From the NCBI GenBank assembly GCA_964589175.1, contig CAZPRY010000015.1, positions 18,530 through 82,529 of the forward strand: a stretch of DNA of 64,000 bases. Reading direction: 5' to 3'. This document shows, piece by piece, positions 20,008 through 31,525 of this stretch. Both the position numbers and the translations under genes were made by a program. Each line of letters begins with the position of its first letter. The stretch's first letter is position 1. The notes beneath the pieces were generated by a model. It did not search any database. It worked only from the letters and a program-made list of their open reading frames with translations, and had not been told where the DNA came from. This stretch comes from an uncultured bacterium. Its GTDB lineage: Bacteria > Fidelibacterota > UBA2242.

Positions 20008-21303
20008 ATGAGTATGAGTAAACGGTTAGATATATATACAGATATGAAAGAGGTCGTCGATACTTTACCAATTATCGAATCGCATGACCACTTTGCACCC
20101 GATCCAAACGGAGAATGGCCAAACTTCGATCTTTGCGATGTCCTTTTTCATAACCTGAATCCCGACCTGACGGCATCGGGAATGCCGGGCATCGGTACCC
20201 ACGCGCAAACGCCCTGGCCGCAGGGTACCCTGGAGGCAGCCAAGAAGTGGAGTGCCATTGCTCCCTATATGTGGCGAATCGAGAACATGGTTTCTTATCG
20301 GTCACTTTTACGCGGTTTCAAGACGGTTTACGAGTTTCCTTATGAGAACCTAGACGACAGCAATTGGGCGATGCTGAATGAACAGGTCGTCGCCGCCTAT
20401 CGACGGGAAGACTGGATCGATCATGTTCTTCGAACCAAAGCCAATATCCGTGCCGCTGTCGTGGATATGGATACGCTTGATACTGACAGGGAATATCTGC
20501 TGCCAAGTATGAAGATGGATTTTCTGATGATGCAGGGCAGTGATCCCACCGGTCTCAAAAAACTGGAAGAAAAGTACGACGTGAGTCTTTCCAAATTCCA
20601 GGATCTTCTGACGTTAATTCACCGCATATTCCGTCAATTTGTTGAAGGCGGAGCAGTGGCCATTAAGTCGGTAGCGGCGTACTATCGCTCGATTTATTAT
20701 TCGAATGTGGATGAGAACACCGCGAGCACTATTTTCGATAAAGGACTCGTCAATGCCTCAGCGGAAGAGCGATCGAAACTGCAGGATTTCATCATGCATG
20801 AAATCTGCCGATTGACGGCGGAGAGCGGTTTACCGATCCAATTCCATACCGGTAAGCTGGCCTGGAATTTTCAAAACGTTGAAAATACCAATCCGATGCA
20901 CTTGACCATTTTGTTGAAAAAGTATCCCAGACTACGCTTCGATATTTTTCATGGAGGCATTCCTTACACCGGCGAATTCGGAGTTATAGCGAATAACTAT
21001 CCCAATGCCTTTCTTGATCTTAACGGCATGTCCTGGACCTCTTTGGAGATACTCCGGCGTTGCCTGAGTGAATGGATCGAGATGGTACCGCAAAACAAAA
21101 TTTTATGGGGCGCGGATAGCTATCGGGTCTATGAAGGTACCCTTGGTCAGGTGCTCTATTTCAGGGAGATTTTAGCTGCGGTTCTGACTGAAAAGGTAAG
21201 CGGCGGTCTCTATGATTTTGATTTTGCCGTTGAACTGGCGAAGAAGATACTATTTGAAAATGCGTTGACATTTTTTGCGCTTCAGGAAAAAGTAAAAATA
21301 TAA
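20008..21303 (+). CDS. Amidohydrolase family protein (uronate-isomerase-like) no. 1
   Basis: IIESHDH (HxH), PIQFHTG, FDIFHGG, NAFLD, ILWGAD. Start may be 19984, 20008 or 20014. Confidence 0.85.
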   Translation: MSMSKRLDIYTDMKEVVDTLPIIESHDHFAPDPNGEWPNFDLCDVLFHNLNPDLTASGMPGIGTHAQTPWPQGTLEAAKKWSAIAPYMWRIENMVSYRSLLRGFKTVYEFPYENLDDSNWAMLNEQVVAAYRREDWIDHVLRTKANIRAAVVDMDTLDTDREYLLPSMKMDFLMMQGSDPTGLKKLEEKYDVSLSKFQDLLTLIHRIFRQFVEGGAVAIKSVAAYYRSIYYSNVDENTASTIFDKGLVNASAEERSKLQDFIMHEICRLTAESGLPIQFHTGKLAWNFQNVENTNPMHLTILLKKYPRLRFDIFHGGIPYTGEFGVIANNYPNAFLDLNGMSWTSLEILRRCLSEWIEMVPQNKILWGADSYRVYEGTLGQVLYFREILAAVLTEKVSGGLYDFDFAVELAKKILFENALTFFALQEKVKI

Positions 21304-21466
21304 TGGACAGGTTGTAATAATCGTCCATATTCTGGAATCCCGGTGCAAATAGAAGGTGATATGAATGGCAACTGGTAGGGAGTAATATGCTTAAATCGAT
21401 CGAATTTCCCGGTTTTTCATAATCGACTGAATGCCAACTTTGCTCCCGGTAGTTTGGAAAAGAAGG

Positions 21467-23038
21467 ATGAAAAAACTTATAGCTCTCGTTTTGCTGTTTG
21501 TATGTTACTCGACCGTAATCTATTCCCAGCAATCGTCCGGCGTGGTTTTATTACTGGTTGACTCAACTTTGGTAGAACAACTGGGTGATTCGTATCAGAC
21601 GTATAAACGCGATCTGATCAAAGAGGGTTACATCGTTTCCGAAGAGCTCGTGAATCCCAGCACACCGGCACCGCAAATAAAGACAATCATTCAGGAGTAT
21701 AGTACGAGTCTGAGCTCTGCCTCACTGAAGTTTGAAGGCGTGATCCTGATCGGCAACCTGAAAGCAGCTTATTCGATCGTAAGAAACGGAGATTACTCGA
21801 ATCCTAGTTCAGTGGAGTTATGGCTTTCACTTGATGCAACGGATATGTACTATGGCGATCTCGACGGAGATTGGGATTGTATTACGCCTGATGAATTTAA
21901 TGATATCGTCGATAATGCTCCTTCGTACGTGGCACAACTTCATAAAGAGCAAAGTTGCAGTGATTTTATCAATGAATATATCGTAGACCTGGAGAAAGAA
22001 AAGATATGGAATTACCAATCCATCAGCGATAAAAGTCAGTATTCGATTGAGATCTGGGTGGCCAGAATCATGGGGCACAACCTGTCCATATCCGGTAAAA
22101 CTGAAATTGATATTCTAAACGATTACTTTTCCTGGAATCATATCCTTCGCACCGGCGGATATAAAATCTCTGATACCTGCTATATGCTCAACGCTACCGG
22201 TTCCGGATGTAATGATCAGAGTATGGATTATTCATGGATCTTTGAGGAAGTTATCACAGCCGGGGATGTTACAAAACAGACCTATTTACCTTATTTGCAA
22301 GAAGAATCGGGAAGCAGACTATTTTATGCAACCATTCATTCATGCCCGGGATGGCATCAGTTCTCGGACGGTGCGCTACTTACAACCAACGAATTACTTA
22401 AAATAAAAAAGACAGGCGTGTTTTATCTGCTAAATTGCTGTTCAGGCTGTCGTTGGGATGAGTTTGTCGCGTTTCCGGCTAGTCCAAATTATCTTGGTGG
22501 TGTATATGTCTTTGACAAGTCTGACGATGGCGGAGGTTTTGGGGTAGGCGCGATCGGATTCACCGGTGTGGGTGGATTTAATAATCTGAATTACTTCACC
22601 GAACGTTATAATGATTTTCCCTTTGCAAATTATGGTGACATGTACGTTTACTGGTTCAACAAGAATCTGCAGATTAATTTCAGCACGCATAACTATGTAT
22701 TTCTGGGAGATCCGACGATCAGCCCGGATATGGCGTTCGAGGGCACTTCCGTTTCTGACAGTCCTGCTTTGATAAAAGAATTTCGTTTGTCACAGAACTA
22801 TCCTAATCCTTTTAATCCGACAACGACGATAAGTTTCTCCATTCCGGGTAATATGTTTGTGACATTAAAAGTCTATGATGCTCTTGGCAGGGAAATCGAA
22901 ACACTTGTCAGCGGGCATTGTCAGGCAGGAGAAAACCGAGCAGAATGGGGTACAAGCGGACTACCCTGCGGATTATACTTTTATCGTCTGGAAGCGGGCA
23001 AATTTTTGGCGACCAGGAAAATGATTTTAATAAGATGA
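21467..23038 (+). CDS. Gingipain-like (peptidase C25 fold) secreted protein with T9SS-type CTD
   Basis: Signal peptide MKKLIALVLL; GVILIG, DMYYGDLDG, WVARI, TIHS / LNCCSGC (candidate His/Cys dyad), YVFLGDP; QNYPNPFNP...CGLYFYRL...RKMILIR. Confidence 0.75.
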   Translation: MKKLIALVLLFVCYSTVIYSQQSSGVVLLLVDSTLVEQLGDSYQTYKRDLIKEGYIVSEELVNPSTPAPQIKTIIQEYSTSLSSASLKFEGVILIGNLKAAYSIVRNGDYSNPSSVELWLSLDATDMYYGDLDGDWDCITPDEFNDIVDNAPSYVAQLHKEQSCSDFINEYIVDLEKEKIWNYQSISDKSQYSIEIWVARIMGHNLSISGKTEIDILNDYFSWNHILRTGGYKISDTCYMLNATGSGCNDQSMDYSWIFEEVITAGDVTKQTYLPYLQEESGSRLFYATIHSCPGWHQFSDGALLTTNELLKIKKTGVFYLLNCCSGCRWDEFVAFPASPNYLGGVYVFDKSDDGGGFGVGAIGFTGVGGFNNLNYFTERYNDFPFANYGDMYVYWFNKNLQINFSTHNYVFLGDPTISPDMAFEGTSVSDSPALIKEFRLSQNYPNPFNPTTTISFSIPGNMFVTLKVYDALGREIETLVSGHCQAGENRAEWGTSGLPCGLYFYRLEAGKFLATRKMILIR

Positions 23039-23062
23039 GAAAACTCTTTAAAGGAAGATATA

Positions 23063-26000
23063 ATGTCCCAATCTAGTCTGGATAATCTTTTAAGATCAGA
23101 CGTACTGATCTGGTTTGTTAAGATCGGCTTAATGTCAACCTTTCTTCTGTTTGCTATTGCCAAATCCGCTGATAAAGCGATGCCGGCCCTGCGTCTCATT
23201 AAGATCGAGCCAACCGTGCTTTTTGTAAACGAGCAAGATCGCTTGCTGCAATTGGTGAAAATCTCAATTTCGAACGAACGCAGGGCTACTTCGATCCAGT
23301 TGGATATGCAGGTCGGTGAGTGGCAGCAATCGCTGAGTTTGGGGAAGGTGGTAAAAGGCGAATCGACTTTTGATGTCTTCGTTCCCGATATCAGCGCTCC
23401 GGCTTCAGCAGAATTCGTACTGAAAAGTGGCGATAAAATCCGGGATCGCCGCCAATTCGAGTTGCAGCCGCAGCGTCACTGGGAAGTCTTCATGGTTCCC
23501 ATTTCACACCACGATCTGGGCTATACCGATGCGATCGAAAATATTCTGCTCAGACACGATCGTTATTATGACGATGTTCTACGTTTCTGCGAAGAAACTG
23601 CGGATTTTCCCGATGAATCGAAATATCGCTATACCGCAGAGGTTGCTTGGTCCCTTCGGCATTTTCTCGAAAACCGGCCCAAAGAAGTCGTAGAAACAAT
23701 TGTAAAGTTCATAAAAGAAGGTCGAATCGAAGTTCATGCATTCCTGGGTAATGAGATTACCGGATTGTGCGGCCATGAAGAGCTAATCCGCCTGATGTAT
23801 CCCTCTTTCCAATTGAAACGGAAATATGGCATAACCGTTGGAGTTGGATCGGAAACCGATGTGGCCGGATTAAGCTGGGGCCTACCGACAATACTGGCTG
23901 GCGCGGGTATAAAGTATTTCTACGGCGGAATGCCCAATTACGGCGTCTTTTTCAAAAATGATGAATTTGCTTACTATCTCGATGAGAATGGAAACGATAT
24001 CCACCAGTTTTGGGATGAATCGGCAGTTTTGCGACACGGTCGCCAGCCCGAAGCATTCCGTTGGGAAGGTCCCGACGGAGAATCGGTTTTGTTCTATTAT
24101 GGCAGTACGGGTGGCGTCGGATGCTATGGCTGCTGGCGTCCCACCTCTTATGAAGATACCGCGAAAAATCTCCCCATTATGCTGAGGAAAATGGAGGATA
24201 ACGGCAGCCAATTTTCCGTCGTGCGGTATGGTACTTACGGCTGTTACGATAATGCGGCTCCCGAAATTCTTCCGAGTCTAATTGCCAGAGAGTGGAACAG
24301 TCAATGGGCCTATCCCAAACTCATCGTGGCAACGAGTTCCATGTTTTTTAAGGAATTGGAAAAGCAGTGCCAGGATGTGCGGGTGTTCCGCGGGGAGTTG
24401 CCGCACACCGATTATGTTCGGGGAGTCATGTCCACGGCCCGGGAAACGAGTATCAATCGCATCACCCATGACAAATTGACCACAGCGGAAAAATTCGCTA
24501 CAATAGCTTCGGTAATTAGCGATTATCCTTATCCTGCTGACGAGCTCCGCCAGGCTTATGAAAACATGCTTCTCTATGACGAGCATACTTGGGGCCTGGC
24601 GAATCCATCCGGGACGATCCAGGATTGGAACTGGAACGATAAAAGCCATTTTGCTTTGAAAGCCGCCGGGTTGACCGAATCAATTTTAAGCTCGAGCCTC
24701 GATAGAATTGCCCAGTCGATAGAGATTGAAGATGAAAATTCCCGCATCGTTGTTTTCAATCCGCTTTCGTTTTCGCGAACCGACTTGGTCCGGCTAAGCG
24801 GTTTTGATCGAAAAGAGCCATTCGAAATCAGAGATGCAGAAACCGGGCAGATAGTACCCCATCAAATTTGTGAAATCAATAGTCCCCGTGAGCTGATACC
24901 GTATGGCGGCCAGCGCTATGCGATGGGGCAGTTGAATCATTCGGAACTTTTTGATCTGATGTTTGTGGCGGAGAATGTTCCGCCTGTGGGGTACAAGACG
25001 TATCGTCTGATACCGATCGATAAAGCCACTACTCAGGCAGGTAATGTGGTAGTAGATAATACGATCATGGAAAATCGCTTTTTCAAAGTTGCGATTGATC
25101 CACATAGTGGTGCAATCGTAAGTATATATGATAAAGAACTCGATCGGGAAATTGTCGATAGAAACGCGCCCTATGCTTTGAACCAGTTCGTGACCCGGTC
25201 ATCCAAAACTCTTGAGCAACGGACCATCGAAAATGCGAAGATTATTGTGGGGCAAAATGGTTCCGTTTGCGGTAGTATTATCATCTCCGGTGAAGTCGTC
25301 GGCTGTCCGCAGATAACCCAGGAAATCATCCTCTATGATAAGATTAAACGGATCGATATCGCGAATAGGATTTTGAAGGATTACACGCCGCTTCAGGAGA
25401 TATATTTTGCTTTTCCGTTTGAGATGGACAATCCCAATTTTCGGTATGAAGGTTCCGATGCGGTCATTGAACCTATAGTAGATCAGTTTCCGGGTTCGAA
25501 TACCTGTTATTATGCAGTGCAACACTGGGCAGAAGTCAGTGACGGCAAGGTTGGCATCACGCTGTCGCCCGTCGAGTCGCATCTCCTCGAATTTGGGGGT
25601 CTGTGGCCATGTTATATTTCCCCAGGTATGCATATTGCGGTAATGCCTGACGACAGGTCCTGGCTTGATTCCATACCAACCTCATTTGATAAGGGGCATA
25701 TCTACGCCTATGTTCTGGACAGTAATTTTCGCACTAACTTTTCCTCCGCTCAGCAGGGTGATATGTTATTCCGTTATTCGATAACGACACATATGGACGA
25801 TTGGAAATCCGGGCAAGCACGCGATTTCGGCTGGGCGACCGGGAATCCGCTGATTGCGACGCTCCTGGATGGCCGAAATGAAGGTTCGTTGACCGAAAAA
25901 AGTGATTCTTTTATTCAAATAGACAAACCAAATGTCCTGGTTCTGACTTTAAAGCAAGCCGAAGATGAAGATGGATTGATTATCCGGTTGATCGAAACCG

Positions 26001-26170
26001 GTGGACAGGAAGTCAATGCCAGGGTCACGTTGCCCGGTTTGTCTATTCAAGGGGTTCGCGTGACGAACCTTGTCGAGGAAAATATCGGAGAAACGGCTTT
26101 CACCGAACATGAAATCGCAGTGCCGATCAGAGCTTTCGGGATTAGCACGGTTCGCGTGCAAACACAATAA
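23063..26170 (+). CDS. GH38-like glycoside hydrolase (alpha-mannosidase family)
   Basis: ISHHDLGYTD, FIKEGRIEV, FRWEGPDG, DEHTWG, VFNPLSFSRT, VPPVGYKTY, LKQAED...IRLIE. Confidence 0.85.
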   Translation: MSQSSLDNLLRSDVLIWFVKIGLMSTFLLFAIAKSADKAMPALRLIKIEPTVLFVNEQDRLLQLVKISISNERRATSIQLDMQVGEWQQSLSLGKVVKGESTFDVFVPDISAPASAEFVLKSGDKIRDRRQFELQPQRHWEVFMVPISHHDLGYTDAIENILLRHDRYYDDVLRFCEETADFPDESKYRYTAEVAWSLRHFLENRPKEVVETIVKFIKEGRIEVHAFLGNEITGLCGHEELIRLMYPSFQLKRKYGITVGVGSETDVAGLSWGLPTILAGAGIKYFYGGMPNYGVFFKNDEFAYYLDENGNDIHQFWDESAVLRHGRQPEAFRWEGPDGESVLFYYGSTGGVGCYGCWRPTSYEDTAKNLPIMLRKMEDNGSQFSVVRYGTYGCYDNAAPEILPSLIAREWNSQWAYPKLIVATSSMFFKELEKQCQDVRVFRGELPHTDYVRGVMSTARETSINRITHDKLTTAEKFATIASVISDYPYPADELRQAYENMLLYDEHTWGLANPSGTIQDWNWNDKSHFALKAAGLTESILSSSLDRIAQSIEIEDENSRIVVFNPLSFSRTDLVRLSGFDRKEPFEIRDAETGQIVPHQICEINSPRELIPYGGQRYAMGQLNHSELFDLMFVAENVPPVGYKTYRLIPIDKATTQAGNVVVDNTIMENRFFKVAIDPHSGAIVSIYDKELDREIVDRNAPYALNQFVTRSSKTLEQRTIENAKIIVGQNGSVCGSIIISGEVVGCPQITQEIILYDKIKRIDIANRILKDYTPLQEIYFAFPFEMDNPNFRYEGSDAVIEPIVDQFPGSNTCYYAVQHWAEVSDGKVGITLSPVESHLLEFGGLWPCYISPGMHIAVMPDDRSWLDSIPTSFDKGHIYAYVLDSNFRTNFSSAQQGDMLFRYSITTHMDDWKSGQARDFGWATGNPLIATLLDGRNEGSLTEKSDSFIQIDKPNVLVLTLKQAEDEDGLIIRLIETGGQEVNARVTLPGLSIQGVRVTNLVEENIGETAFTEHEIAVPIRAFGISTVRVQTQ

Positions 26171-26209
26171 TAGACGCAGCTCCATTTGGACAATTTGTAA
26201 GAGATCGAA

Positions 26210-27526
26210 GTGAAAATGAATGTAGCCCGAATATATCAAATATTGTTAACCGAGATCGGCCGGATTCCAATAACGGATACCCACGAGCACCTGCTCCCGG
26301 AGAGAGAATATTTACACAACAAGTCCGGTTTCTGGAATCTGTTTTTTCAACATTACGCGTCGAGCGATTTGGTCTCGGCTGGCATGGACAGTAAAACTCT
26401 AGAATATTTGCGGGTGAGCGACGATTCCTCCGAAAGGAAATGGCAAAAGTTTGCTCCTTTCTGGCAGAACATGCAGAACACCTCTTTCGCCCGGGTGCTG
26501 AAAATTGCAGCGCAAGATTTGTTTGAGATTGAGGAAATCGACGCAGATACGATTAATGATCTGTGTACGAGGATTCATGCTAGCTATAAACCGGGCTGGT
26601 ATGATTACGTGCTACGTGAAAAAGCCGGGATTGAGACGGTTTTCGTCAGAAGCACGATTGAAGGTATAAAGTCCTACCCCGATTATTTTTTGCCGATTGT
26701 GGCAAGCGATCTGATTCTGGACATCAGGTCCGCAACGGAAATCGCCCGGCTTGAAGAGGATTTGAAGGTTACCATCCATTCGCTGAATGATTTACTGATT
26801 GCGATCGAGAAATTCTACCGGCAAGCCAAACAGAATGGCGCCGTTGGAATAAAGATCACCCAAGCCTATAAGGGTAGCCTGAACTTCGAAAAACGAACGT
26901 TTTCCGAAGCAGAATCGACCTTTAATAAAATGTTTCGGGGAATGGGATTGGTGCCGCATTGGAATCAATTTACCGGTTTGAGTTATGAAGAACGAAAGCC
27001 GTTGTTGGATTTTTTGGTACATGCGATTGTCCGGCTGGCCGGTGAAATAGGATTGGTGGTTCAAGTCCATACCGGTTTTCAGGAGGGGCAGGGCAATTAT
27101 ATCACCAATGCCAATCCGACTCTTCTCACCAATCTTTTCCTGGAATACCGCCAAACCCGTTTTGACATCCTGCACTGCGGTTTTCCCTATTATCTGGAGC
27201 TCGCTTGCCTGGCTAAAAATTTCCCCAATGTCTACCCCAATATGACCTGGATTTATTGTATCGGCGATGCGGTTTCCAGGCGAATACTGGATGAATGGCT
27301 CGATATTATTCCGATCAATAAAATCCTCGGATTTGGCGGCGACTACCACTTTGTCGAGGGGGTCTACGGGCATGCGCAGTTAGCACGTCAATCTGTGGCT
27401 TGGGTGTTGGCGCAGAAGATTGCGGAAGGACTTTGCTCCGAGAAACAGGCGTTGCTTTACGGACGGAAATTACTGAGTGAGAATGCCGGGTCGGTTTATA
27501 ATACGGAAAAAAGGGGAACTTCTTGA
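26210..27526 (+). CDS. Amidohydrolase family protein (uronate-isomerase-like) no. 2
   Basis: ITDTHEH, VQVHTG, FDILHCG, NVYPN, ILGFGGD. Confidence 0.85.
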   Translation: MKMNVARIYQILLTEIGRIPITDTHEHLLPEREYLHNKSGFWNLFFQHYASSDLVSAGMDSKTLEYLRVSDDSSERKWQKFAPFWQNMQNTSFARVLKIAAQDLFEIEEIDADTINDLCTRIHASYKPGWYDYVLREKAGIETVFVRSTIEGIKSYPDYFLPIVASDLILDIRSATEIARLEEDLKVTIHSLNDLLIAIEKFYRQAKQNGAVGIKITQAYKGSLNFEKRTFSEAESTFNKMFRGMGLVPHWNQFTGLSYEERKPLLDFLVHAIVRLAGEIGLVVQVHTGFQEGQGNYITNANPTLLTNLFLEYRQTRFDILHCGFPYYLELACLAKNFPNVYPNMTWIYCIGDAVSRRILDEWLDIIPINKILGFGGDYHFVEGVYGHAQLARQSVAWVLAQKIAEGLCSEKQALLYGRKLLSENAGSVYNTEKRGTS

Positions 27527-27587
27527 ACCACCTTGGGGCGAATATCGTGAGGACATTTTCAATGAAATCGTCAAGGTGTGGGAGTAA

Positions 27588-28139
<552 letters not shown>

Positions 28140-28140
28140 A

Positions 28141-29337
28141 GTGGCGCAGAAAGAAATCAATGTAGTGGTAGCCGGACACATTTGTCTGGATATGTTTCCG
28201 GAATTAGTAGATACTGAGCGAGCGTTGTTTGAAGAACTGCTTGTGCCAGGAAAACTAACAAATGTAGGCGGGTTGAAAATTTCAACAGGCGGTTCCGTTT
28301 CAAACACAGGAATTGCGATGCAGGTTTTAGGGGCTAACACTTCTCTTATCGCGAAAGTGGGAGATGATTTTATTGGGAAAGCTATCCTGGACTTCTTGAG
28401 AAATAAATCCTCAGTCAAAGGCATAAAAATTGTTGAAGGAGAGTTTTCCTCGTATACGATCGTGATTGCCCCAAAGAATATCGACCGCATGTTTCTTCAC
28501 AATCCCGGCACAAATGATACCTTCGGCTATGATGATATCGATTTCGATTTGGTAAGAAATTCCAGATTGTTTCATCTTGGCTACCCCCCTTTAATGAAGA
28601 GGTTATACCAGGATGATGGAGATCAGCTGCAAAAGATTTTCAGGAAAGTGAAGGAATTCGGTGTCATTACATCATTGGATTTTGCGCTTCCAGATCCTAG
28701 TAGTCCTTCAGGCAAGGTGAACTGGAATACAATATTGAAAAAAGTTATGCCCTATGTGGATATTTTTCTTCCCAGTGTGGAAGAAGCGCAATTTGTGCTT
28801 GACAAAGAAAAATTCTTAGAGATACGTGAAAGAGCTAATGGGAAGGAATTGCTGCACTCATTTAGTGCAGAAGGGCTGACTCAGTTATCAAAAAAACTTC
28901 TCGATTATGGCGGTAAAATTGTTGGCTTGAAATGTGGCAGCAAAGGATTTTATATAAAAACAGCCTCGCGAGAAAAGCTAAATAATATTAGCGGTATCGA
29001 TCCGGACAACTGGTCGGAGCGTCAATTGTGGGAGCCGACCTACCATGTGGAGAATTTTGCTTCGGCTGCCGGTTCCGGTGATTGTGCAATCGCCGGATTT
29101 CTGGTTGCGCTGCTGAAAGGCGAGACAGTTGAACAGTGTCTTCGATATGCCTGTATGTGCGGCGCCCAGAATGTTCAGGCGTTAGACGCGATCGACGGGA
29201 TAAGAAATTGGGAGGAAACAACAAGAAAGATAAGAGGCGATTGGAAGAAAAATGTGTTAGAAATAAATGCACCGGGATGGGAATTTGACTTGCATGAAAA
29301 ACTATGGCACGGACCTGAAGATAAAAAATCGTCATAA
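28141..29337 (+). CDS. PfkB family carbohydrate kinase
   Basis: GGSVSNTG, KVGDD, LFHLGYP, SAAGSGDCAIAGFL (PfkB signature 2). Confidence 0.9.
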   Translation: MAQKEINVVVAGHICLDMFPELVDTERALFEELLVPGKLTNVGGLKISTGGSVSNTGIAMQVLGANTSLIAKVGDDFIGKAILDFLRNKSSVKGIKIVEGEFSSYTIVIAPKNIDRMFLHNPGTNDTFGYDDIDFDLVRNSRLFHLGYPPLMKRLYQDDGDQLQKIFRKVKEFGVITSLDFALPDPSSPSGKVNWNTILKKVMPYVDIFLPSVEEAQFVLDKEKFLEIRERANGKELLHSFSAEGLTQLSKKLLDYGGKIVGLKCGSKGFYIKTASREKLNNISGIDPDNWSERQLWEPTYHVENFASAAGSGDCAIAGFLVALLKGETVEQCLRYACMCGAQNVQALDAIDGIRNWEETTRKIRGDWKKNVLEINAPGWEFDLHEKLWHGPEDKKSS

Positions 29338-29394
29338 TTGGTCTATAAAGATTTTCAGGATGAAAAGGATAGATCTGAAAAAAGAGAAAATATT

Positions 29395-31497
29395 ATGAAA
29401 CTCGGTACACAATATTATCGTCCTCCGTTTCCGGAACAGAAATACTGGGAGGAAGATTTCACCCGCATCAAGGATTCCGGATTGAACACAGTGCAACTCT
29501 GGGTAGTGTGGGCCTGGGTGGAATCCAAACCGGGAGTGTTCAATTTCGACGACTATGATCACCTGGTCGAACTTGCCGACCGGAAGGGATTGGGCGTCAT
29601 TCTCAGCACCATTGCAGAAATCCAACCTTACTGGATTTCCCGCGTCGTACCCGAGAGTGAATTAGTCGATTACCTGGGGCGGAAAGTGATATCGACCAAT
29701 CGCGACGAATGCAATTTTGGACTCACACCTGGTGGTTGCACTGACCACCCCGGCGTTTGGGACAGAATGAAGAGCTTTTTAACCGAGGTCGTAACCCACT
29801 ATCGTTCGGCGCCCAACCTCCTGGGCTGGGATGCCTGGAACGAACTCCGCTGGAACGTGCAGGCTGACGGCTTGGTCTGTTTCTGTCCTCACACTTTAGC
29901 GGCTTTTCGGAACTGGCTGAACCGGAAATACGGTAGGCTTGACGGATTGAACGAAGCCTGGAAACGACGCTACGGTTGTTGGGAAGAGGTGATGCCCGGA
30001 AAACTTCCCGGTCGTCCCTACACCGAAATGATGGCATTCCAGCATTTCCTTACCTGGCGCGCGAATCAGCACGGTAAAAACCGGTACGACGTGATGAAAT
30101 CGCTGGATCCCGGCCATCCCATTACCGTGCATGCTTGCTATCCAAGCTCCCACGCCGGGGGCGACAGTCAAAACCATGCCGTAAACAGAGGCAACGACTG
30201 GTTCTTTGCCGACGACTTAGACGGAGTAGGATGTTCTTCTTTCCCCAAATGGTGGGGGCAGGACGACATCGGTTTCAGTATCCGGGTCGATTCGATCAAG
30301 TCTGCCGCCGGGAACAAATTGATCTGGTTGAGTGAGGTGCAGGGCGGACGTTCCAGTATAGGTTTTGATACGTTCAAAGCGGTCGATGCCCCTTCTCAAC
30401 AACGCTGGATCTGGAATGGTATTGCCTGCGGTGCCGATGCAATTCTTTTCTGGTGCTGGCGTGACGAGATTTTTGGCAAGGAGTCGTCCGGATTTGGAAT
30501 TATAGGCAATGACGGTCTTGCTCCGGAGCGGTTAGCCGCAATGAAGGTAACCGGTCGATTGATAGAAGAATATAAGGACATTATCTCAGCGTATAGACCG
30601 GAAAAACCTGAAGTGGGAGTGATGTTCAGCCCCCAATCCTACTATCTTTATTGGGCTCAGGAGGGCAGTGCCGGTCGCTCAATGCAGGCCTTCCAGGGCT
30701 ATACCCGCAGCCTGGTACGGAAATCCATACCCTACTCGGTCATAGAGGAGGAACATCTCGGTGCATTATCGGGGCTGAAGATATTATTCTTACCTCGTAC
30801 CATCGTGACTGACAGTGCGATTGAAAAAGCACTCGAGAATTTTGTTAAAGAGGGCGGTACTCTCGTCTGTGAATCGGAATGCGGTGCTTTCAGTTCGCAA
30901 GGCTTTTATCGCTATCCGAAAGACCGCTTCCTTTCCCGCCTGAGCGGCATCCATGAAATCGGAAGACGCGGTCTTAGCGACGATTGTATTATAGTGAAAA
31001 TTGGTGACAAGGAATTGAACCTGGGTGCAACACAATGGCTGACACCCTATTGTAAAGGCGATGGAGAAGTTTTATCTGAAGGTGAAGATGGACCTTTGAT
31101 GGTCGAGGTTCCGGTAGGCAAAGGAAAGCTGGTTCTTTGCGGAGCATATCTGGGAGACGCCTATCTGCACAATCGGACGGCGGACTTCGAGAATTTTGTC
31201 GAACTGACGGTCCGCCGGGCAGGCTGGCGGCCTGAGATTGAACTCGTCTCCCCCCTTCCCGGCATGGATTCTTTCGTTTATATAAAAAGCGGGCAATCCG
31301 GTGACAAGAGAGTTACGTTTGTTTTCTTCCCACCAGACTTGGATACGGCTCATCTCAGATTTAACGGAAATTTCTTTTCAGGAAGCCACGCAACGGACAT
31401 CATATCAGGTAAAAAAATAAATTTGGAAAAAAGAGGGTCCGGTCAGGAATGTACACTCACCGCTCCGGATTGGAGATTTTGTGTTCTGGTCGGGTAA
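29395..31497 (+). CDS. GH42-like beta-galactosidase family protein with trimerisation domain
   Basis: LGTQYYRPP, WAWVESKPGVFNFD, WDAWNE, CFCPH, WLSEVQGG, LFWCWR. Start set at ATG 29395. Confidence 0.85.
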   Translation: MKLGTQYYRPPFPEQKYWEEDFTRIKDSGLNTVQLWVVWAWVESKPGVFNFDDYDHLVELADRKGLGVILSTIAEIQPYWISRVVPESELVDYLGRKVISTNRDECNFGLTPGGCTDHPGVWDRMKSFLTEVVTHYRSAPNLLGWDAWNELRWNVQADGLVCFCPHTLAAFRNWLNRKYGRLDGLNEAWKRRYGCWEEVMPGKLPGRPYTEMMAFQHFLTWRANQHGKNRYDVMKSLDPGHPITVHACYPSSHAGGDSQNHAVNRGNDWFFADDLDGVGCSSFPKWWGQDDIGFSIRVDSIKSAAGNKLIWLSEVQGGRSSIGFDTFKAVDAPSQQRWIWNGIACGADAILFWCWRDEIFGKESSGFGIIGNDGLAPERLAAMKVTGRLIEEYKDIISAYRPEKPEVGVMFSPQSYYLYWAQEGSAGRSMQAFQGYTRSLVRKSIPYSVIEEEHLGALSGLKILFLPRTIVTDSAIEKALENFVKEGGTLVCESECGAFSSQGFYRYPKDRFLSRLSGIHEIGRRGLSDDCIIVKIGDKELNLGATQWLTPYCKGDGEVLSEGEDGPLMVEVPVGKGKLVLCGAYLGDAYLHNRTADFENFVELTVRRAGWRPEIELVSPLPGMDSFVYIKSGQSGDKRVTFVFFPPDLDTAHLRFNGNFFSGSHATDIISGKKINLEKRGSGQECTLTAPDWRFCVLVG

Positions 31498-31525
31498 TGA
31501 GAAAAAAAATAATGAGGGAAATTTC

